Assembly (NCBI RefSeq): GCF_006345805.1
Contig: NC_043018.1
Span: 3,224,001-3,288,000 of the forward strand
Direction: 5' to 3'
DNA length: 64,000 bases
DNA from: Octopus sinensis
Taxonomy: Eukaryota
Shown: positions 56,266 to 64,000 of the stretch, piece by piece
How the letters are laid out: every line of letters starts with the position of its first letter
Position numbering within the stretch: position 1 is the stretch's first letter
Translations under genes and position numbers: made by a program
Notes under the pieces: model-generated
Databases searched by the model: none
The model's input: the letters and a program-made list of their open reading frames with translations, nothing else
Told to the model about the DNA's origin: nothing

Positions 56266-56266
<1 letters not shown>
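56052..56266 (-). mobile_element. SINE family B between (AGT)n and (AAT)n
   Basis: GAAAGGCAAAGTCGACCTCGGCGGAATTTGAACTCAG. Confidence 0.8.
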
Positions 56267-56315
<49 letters not shown>

Positions 56316-56382
56316 TATAATAATAATAATACTAATAATACTAATAATACTAATGATAATACTAATAATACTAATAATGATA

Positions 56383-56435
<53 letters not shown>

Positions 56436-56455
56436 ATTGATGATGATGATGATAT

Positions 56456-56509
<54 letters not shown>

Positions 56510-56780
56510 GGAGGAGGAGGAGGAGGAGGAGAAGGAGAAGAAGAGAAGAAGAAGAAGGGAAGAAAGAAAGAGAAGAAGAAGAAGAGAAGAAGAAGAAGAA
56601 GAAGAAGAAGAAGAAGAAGAAGAAGAATGTTAATGATGATGGTGATAGTGGTGGTGACCACGGTGATGATCACGGTGGTCTTCAGCGATGAAGACAACGA
56701 CGATGACAATGATAATGATGTTGGTGGTGGTGATGATGGTGGTGCTTGCAGTGGCGATGACGATGATGATGATGATAATT
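56267..56780. repeat. Compound (AAT)n-(GAT)n-(GAG)n-(GAA)n microsatellite
   Basis: Direct reading of the sequence. Confidence 0.95.
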
Positions 56781-56920
56781 CGCTAAATCAATTGCTTTTG
56801 ATTTTATCAATATTAACACTAACCACATATCTATGAAGTTATCTATTAAACTTGGCCTTCTGTTTTTTTTTTTTACGTCTTCCTTGACAGATTATCGTTA
56901 ACTTCCTTTCATCTATATCA

Positions 56921-57145
56921 TATCTTTATTAACGTAGACACATAAGAAAACCTCATTGAAGTTGTCGTCTGCTTTCTCCCACAAATACAGCCGATTGTCA
57001 TTTTTTTCCCCCTCTCGTCCTCTATTTCTCTATCTTTATTAACGTAGACACATAAGGAAACCTCATTGAAGTTGTCGTCTGCCTTCTCCCACAAATACAG
57101 CCGATTGTCATTTTTTTCCCTCTCGTTCTCTATTTCTCTATCTTT
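56921..57145. repeat. 110-bp direct tandem duplication
   Basis: 56921-57030 is repeated at 57031-57138 with few differences. Confidence 0.9.
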
Positions 57146-57570
57146 CTCAAATCTTTCTCAAATCTTTCTCCTTCTTCTGCCAACTCCCTTGTCTGTCACC
57201 ATTTTTACTTGTCCTCTTGTCTTTGATCTATAACTGTCTCCAGCTTATTTCTAAGCTTGTATCAATTTCTCTGAGTAAGTTTTCGCCTTTTCTTTTCTTA
57301 ATAGCATTCTCGTTGTGTCTCTAATTTATACATATAGTTATACAGGATTATTTATGTGAATCTCTCTCCATCTCTCTATTTCTCTTTATCTTTTTCTCTC
57401 TGACACATTCTTCCTGTCTCTCGCTTTCTACATTTTTCTCTCTCTTACTTTATATATAAGTATGTTCGTGCGTATGTATGTGTGTGTGTATGTATATATG
57501 TGTACATCTCTTTATTTTTCTCTATATAGAAAGAGATAGCAGATAGAAAGATAGATAGATAGATACAGCC

Positions 57571-57603
<33 letters not shown>

Positions 57604-57778
57604 GTGTGTTCGTGTGTGTGCGTGTGTGTATATATATATATATATATAGATAAGTGTATATATATAATATATATACACATATATATATATATATGTATGT
57701 ATATACATATATATATATATGTACATACATGTATATATGTATATATGTATACATATATACATATATTTATACATATAT

Positions 57779-57845
<67 letters not shown>

Positions 57846-58089
57846 TATATTTACAAGTGTACACATGTGTTTCGCAGCAGACAACTCACCTCGACCAAAG
57901 CAGCACGAAAGTAATTATATTTCTTTCAAAGTAATGAAGAAATAATTCAAAATAAATTAGTACTTTAGTAAAATTGTGGCTATTGAAGAAATGGAATAAA
58001 AAGCGAAAATCAGGAACGTAGTATACACAATATTTACTCACAAAAACATATACATATACATACACACATACATACATACATAGAACTTG

Positions 58090-58350
58090 GCTTCCCATCT
58101 ATATGGTTCCTAGTTCAGTACCATTGCGTAGTATCTTCGGTAAAAGTCTTGTGTTATAGCTACAGGTTGACTAAAGCCTTCCTAGAAATGGTAGACCGAA
58201 ACTGAAAGTTGCCCTTGATATATGCGTATGTGTGGGTGTGTGTATCTGTTATGTGTGTGTGTAGATGTCTTTGGGTTTTGGATTATACTGCCACCAACGC
58301 TTGAAAACAGGTGTTAGTTTGTTTATGACCCTGTAACTTATCAGTTATCA
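58090..58350 (+). mobile_element. SINE family A (diverged)
   Basis: ATGGTTCCTAGTTCAGTACCATTGCGT...GGTAGACCGAAACTGAAAG. Confidence 0.6.
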
Positions 58351-58404
58351 GTTACACACACACACGCAGAAAATTCAAATGGCGTGTAAAAATTACAAGT
58401 GTTT

Positions 58405-58850
58405 CAGTAAAAGCGGTGTCATTGTATGGAGCTGAGACATGGCGAACAACGGTTAAGTCAAATAAGCAAATACAATCATTCATCAACAGATGCTTGCGTA
58501 GTATACTTAAAATTAGATGGCATGAACACATAAGCAATATGGAGCTATGGTAAAGAACAAATCAAGTTTCGATTAGGGAGCAAATATTTAGGGAAAAGTG
58601 GAAGTGGATTGGTAGCACAATTAGAAAAGACACACTAAATGTAGCGAAAGGTGATTTACAGTGGAATCCGGATGGATATAGAAAGAAAGGTAAGACTAAG
58701 AAGTCGCGGCGTAGATCAACACAAAAGGAATTAGAGAAAGGGGGACATTCATGGCAGAGTATAAGTAGAGAAGCCAAAGATTATGCGACATGGAATTCAA
58801 CTATAAGTGGCCTATACTCCACGTTTGCAGGTTAAAGGCAGAAAAAATAA
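58405..58850 (+). mobile_element. RTE-clade LINE 3' fragment
   Basis: Manual translation VKAVSLYGAETW...FINRCLRSILKIRW..ISNMELW*RTNQ...KWKWIG..IRK...LQWNPDGYRKKGK. Confidence 0.85.
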
Positions 58851-59101
58851 TTCATAGTTAACATTATAGCATATAAGCCATCATCCTCAGGTTAAATTTT
58901 AAAGCGGTGATATTTTATACATTGAACATGACGAATTCAATATACTTAGATAAGTAGGGTCTTTCAAGCATAACATTCGATTCATATGGAAATTAGAAAA
59001 TATGGCTTGAACAGGCATGCGACACGGACACAGATATATTATTTAAATTAGTCTGTAGCTACGGAAGCCATTATATATATATGTATGTATATGTATATGT
59101 G

Positions 59102-59212
<111 letters not shown>

Positions 59213-59238
59213 AAAAATACACGCATCTACATATATGT

Positions 59239-59275
<37 letters not shown>

Positions 59276-59825
59276 CAGGGTTATTCATAATGAATGAACC
59301 GATTCATTACGCAATATTTTAATAAGGAAGAGCAATAGAAAACTCCCGCGAAGTCACAAGTATTTACTCACAATCAATTTTTATTTCCTGTCTTACAACT
59401 GTTGAATGTGGCCACAACCTACCGCAAAGGCAACATCAATGCGATAAGAAAATTCCTCCCAGGCGCATATCAGCATATCAAGATCCACTGAGTTGATCGC
59501 TGTTGTTATTCGATGTTTAAGTTCATCGAGATCAGTGGGTAGCGATGGAACATAAACGCGATATTTTACAAATCCCCACAAGAAAAAAATCACATAACAG
59601 CGATCAACTCAATGGAGCGTGATATGATGATACGCGTCGAGAAAGAATTTTCTTACCGCATTGATGTTGCCCTTGCTGCAGGTGGTGGCCACATTGAACA
59701 CTTGTAAGACAGGAAACAGAGGTTGTTTGTGAGTAAATACTCGTGACTTAGCTGGAGTTTTCTATTGCTTTACCCTATCAAAATATTGCGTAAGGAAATC
59801 TGTTCACTCTCTTTTGAATAACCCT

Positions 59826-59827
<2 letters not shown>
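59276..59827. mobile_element. Fold-back Tc1/mariner derivative made of two 3' ends
   Basis: ~235-bp diverged inverted arms; the minus strand reads FFLWGFVKYRVYVP...DELKHRITTAI...GHIQQL*, and the right arm repeats this C-terminus on the plus strand. Confidence 0.8.
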
Positions 59828-59867
<40 letters not shown>

Positions 59868-59937
59868 CTGACTTCCTATGCGTTAACGCGCTTAGGTTAT
59901 AGTATTAAAAATAGTATAGTATTAAAAGTATTATTAA

Positions 59938-60026
59938 TAGGCGAAGGCGTGGCCGTGTGGTAAGAAGCTTGCTTCCCAGCCACATGGTTCTGGGTTCAGT
60001 TTCACTGTGTAGCACCTTGAGCAAGT
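59938..60026 (+). mobile_element. SINE family A head
   Basis: GGCGTGGCCGTGTGGTAAGAAGCTTGCTTCCC...GGGTTCAGT. Confidence 0.75.
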
Positions 60027-60054
60027 GAGAAAGAGAGAGAGAGAGAGAGAATGT

Positions 60055-60131
<77 letters not shown>

Positions 60132-60134
60132 TAT

Positions 60135-60177
<43 letters not shown>

Positions 60178-60178
<1 letters not shown>

Positions 60179-60378
60179 ATGGGTTAGCAACTAAGTTCAC
60201 GTCGGTTTTTCTAAATAAATTTTTTTTTGGTTTAATAAAAATTAACAACTAATTAATCAATAATGTATTCACCCTTGTTGTTTACAACTTCTTCCCAACG
60301 TTCAACAAGATTTCCAGTACCTCTTTGGTAGAAATCTCCGTATTTCAACTCGAAAATTTGATCCAACCAAGCTCTCAG
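60178..60378 (-). mobile_element. mariner (DD34D-like) 3' end fragment
   Basis: LRAWLDQIFELKYGDFYQRGTGNLVERWEEVVNNKGEYIID*, followed by a TIR-like end. Confidence 0.8.
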
Positions 60379-61040
60379 GTGAATTGAGGTGGTAGGCAGT
60401 TGAAAATGAGGTACTTATATATATATATATCCCTAGGCCTCGTCAGAGATTATAAAGTACAATCAAAAATATAAATTATACATGAAACAAGTTACACGCA
60501 CAATTTAATATATAAATATATATATATATATATACATAAGCACATATATGCACATATACGTGTACATAAATATATAGACATAATTATACATACATACAAG
60601 CATATAGACAATTAATTATATATAGTTTCAACTGCCTACCTCCTCAATGTACTTGACTTATATAGGCACTATGAGATACTATTTTCCATAGGCTGAAACA
60701 GATGTAAATGATTTTAATAATTTATATTCATGTTTTTTAATAACAATTTGTATTCTTATCTTATATGCATTGAATTTTATACTGTATATATATGTATGTC
60801 ACTATGGTTGTCGTTTTCATAAATAAATCAGTCAACTAATGTGCTTCTCCATTTTCTTATTTGTAATATAAATTAATGGTAAAATATTTCTTTACATTCA
60901 CCCATTTAATACAATAAGTAGGTTTATTGCATTGCAATTAAAAACACTTCTGTATTAATAACTAGGTATTATACCAACAGTATATTGGATCAGTATTATC
61001 CCTTAGTGAGTTGGATCCACAACCCCAACTTACTTGGTGT

Positions 61041-61114
<74 letters not shown>

Positions 61115-62402
61115 ATATTGTTAACATAGTCACTACTCTCAACTGTATTTGAGATTTTACAACTAGCTATTTTGCTTATATATGTATACATGTGTATATG
61201 TATTAGAAATTGTGGTGGCATGGTTGTAGTGATGATGATGATGATGTTGTTGTTGGGGGTGACATCCTATCTTTCTATCCAATCAAGGAAAGCAATGTTT
61301 TCCCCTCTGTTTTCATACCATTTAATCTTAGATTCTTTTTGTCGGGGTCAGAGATGGTATTTCCGCATAGAGAATTAGAAATACTTATTTTACATTGCTA
61401 CCGAGTAACTACAGCATGTAAAATATGTGTGTAGATGGCGACTGTGTTGGTTATTCTGTGCTGTAGTTTAGCTTCATTTTTAGAAGGAATAAATCCTTAT
61501 TTAAAATTAGCCCCACCGCCCTGTTCCAATATGTCTGAACGATAGGAAAATTACGAACTCCTATAAGTTAAAGCATTGTTGAATATTACGTAAGAAAAAA
61601 TATCATACACCTTCATGTGTACATATATATTTCTAAATAACGTGTATAAGTGCAAAGACTGTGTGTGAAAGTGTGATGTGTGTGTGCGTCTGTGCGTGTG
61701 CGTTTATGTGTGTGTGTGTATGATGTGTGTGTGCGTGTGTGCGTGTGCGTGTATGTGTGTGTGTGTGTGTGTGTGTGCGTGTGCGTGTGTGTGTGTATGT
61801 GTTAGCGACCCGACACCAATTGCGTCACAGCTCATTGCTGTTAAACGCAATATCACATCGCTAATCACAAATCTCCATCGACCAAAACAAAAAGGATAAC
61901 ATCAATGACTTCGACAACAACAACAACAACAACAGCAACAACCGGCGGAACATGAGAAAACATTTTGAAATAGACTTAAAAAGGCAGCGTTACCTCACAC
62001 ACCATTACACCAGAAGAACGCAAAACTACGCCATAATCCCAATAACAACACTAAAGTTAAAAAGTATGATTTATATTTCGTACCACTCGCTCTATGTTGT
62101 CTACTCACGTACAAACATCGCTCATACTGCACTAAACAAGATATTGAGAGTGAGAGATAGAGAGGGAGAGAGAGAGAGAGGGAGAGAGAGAGATAGAGAG
62201 AGAAACAGACAGGGAGACAGACAGACAGATAGAGAAGGGGTGGAAAATAGATTTGGAGATTTTGAATTGCAAAGTGTGAGAAAAAATGAGCTCTGAACAT
62301 ACGAATGATTATATACATACATACATATATATATATAATTATGTAATATATATAATATATATATGCATACATATATATATAATATATATATATATATGTG
62401 TG

Positions 62403-62479
<77 letters not shown>

Positions 62480-62506
62480 GCATATATATATGTGCATATA
62501 TATATT

Positions 62507-62543
<37 letters not shown>

Positions 62544-62564
62544 ATATATATATATATATATATA

Positions 62565-62647
<83 letters not shown>

Positions 62648-62806
62648 CCTTTATAAATATATTTGTATGACATAGGGCGTGTGGGGTGTGCTGCGTTTAG
62701 TAAGGATACAGCGAGATAGAATCAGAGAGAGATGCAGAAAGAGTGAGCAGTAGTGAAAGTTACAAAAACTAATGTGAAGAGAAAAGTAGGAAAACAAGGT
62801 TAGAGA

Positions 62807-62855
<49 letters not shown>

Positions 62856-63179
62856 CGGAGGGACCATCAGACAAACAGACAGACAGAGACAGGGATACAG
62901 AGAGAAGCAGTGGAAGACTGAACTAAATTTGAATGGCAAATGTCCAAAAATGCCAATGTATTTTCTTCAAAGTGAAAAAAACAATTCAAAAAATGAAATC
63001 AATCGAATTTACCGTTTGATGATGTTCTTTGAAATATTATTGTTATCATTGTTAGTAATATTATTTTTTATTGCCTTATTATTGTTATCATTATTCATAT
63101 TTTTTATATTCGTTCTCTTGTATTTATTGTTATTTTTCTACCGTTATTTGTTTTGTTACATATGAGAGATTTCTGTAGT

Positions 63180-63615
63180 CGTGTTATTATTGTTGTTGTC
63201 TTCGCTGTTGTTATTGTTGTTGTTGTTGTTGTTGTTGTTGTTTTTTCTTCTTCTTCTTCTTCTTCTTCTTCTTCTCCTTCTCCTTCTTCTTCTTTTTCTT
63301 CTCCTTCTTATTATTCTCCTCCTCCTTCTTCTTCTCCTCCTTCTCATTCTTCTCCTTATCCTACTCCTCCTCCGTCTTCTTCTTCTCCTTCTTCTCCTTC
63401 TTCTTCTTCTTCTCCTCCTCCTCTTCCTTCTTCTTCTTCTTCTCCTCCTCCTCTTCCTTCTTCTTCTCCTTCTTCTCCTCCTCTTCCTCTTCCTTCTTTT
63501 TTTTCTTCTTCTTCTTCTTCTCATTCTTCTCCTTATCCTCCTCCTCCCCCTTCTTCTTCTTCTTCTTCTCTTTCTCCTTCTCCTCTTCTTCTTCCTCCTC
63601 CTCCTTCTTCTTCCT
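63180..63615. repeat. (TTG)n then (TTC/TCC)n polypyrimidine tract
   Basis: Direct reading of the sequence. Confidence 0.95.
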
Positions 63616-64000
63616 GTGGTGCTGTTGGTGTTTTTTTGTTATTCAGCGTTTTTTTGTTGTTGTTGTTATTGTTAAAGTCCTTGTATTTGATATATTTGTA
63701 ACGATATTGTTGTTACTATTGTTGTTGTTTGCTCTTTTTTTTCTCGTCGGTTCTCTTCTTGCTGGCCTTGACTTCATTCTGGTCGCCCTTGTTATTGTTG
63801 TTCTTCTTATGGCTGCCGTCATTATTGTAAACTGCCGCTGCTGCTGTTTAATGTTTCATACATGCTTTCTACCGAGACAGTTTTTTGTCCCGACGATCCC
63901 AATTGTACGTATTAATACTCTTGTTGTTCTTATTATTGTTGCCCATTCCATCAGTGTTGTTACTGTTGTTTGGCTTCCATATTTGTCATGAGACCTTGCT

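Noticed and set aside
57878-57910. 33-nt micro-exon candidate (TTTCGCAG ... GTAATT), plus similar candidates at ~55239 and ~61330
   Set aside because: Splice-like dinucleotides alone are expected by chance; there is no protein similarity or consistent gene model.
60383-60648. 23-bp inverted repeat pair
   Set aside because: Too short, with no TSD or second copy to define an element.

Overview
AT-rich, microsatellite-saturated animal genomic DNA, most likely an octopus intronic or intergenic region (inferred from recognisable octopod tRNA-derived SINE families and the repeat landscape). No host protein-coding gene can be supported, and nearly all ORF-track entries are translations of microsatellites. 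The window holds decayed mobile elements: three or four SINE families, a ~4 kb Tx1/L1-clade LINE, R4/Dong-type, RTE and CR1-like LINE fragments, a Gypsy pol remnant, Tc1/mariner and Tigger-like DNA elements, a non-autonomous Helitron and a 44-bp minisatellite. The most notable signal is a set of about ten short inserts, mostly in or beside (TA)n/(TATG)n tracts, carrying minimal type I hammerhead ribozyme motifs (stem I - CUGANGA - stem II - GAAAC - palindromic stem III - GUH). Several are long fold-back inverted repeats, several have variant cores (U3-A8, C4, U6), and one still encodes a GIY-YIG-like C-terminus. They are best read as diverse Penelope-like element pLTR or retrozyme-type families. 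All structures were read by eye; no folding program or database search was run.
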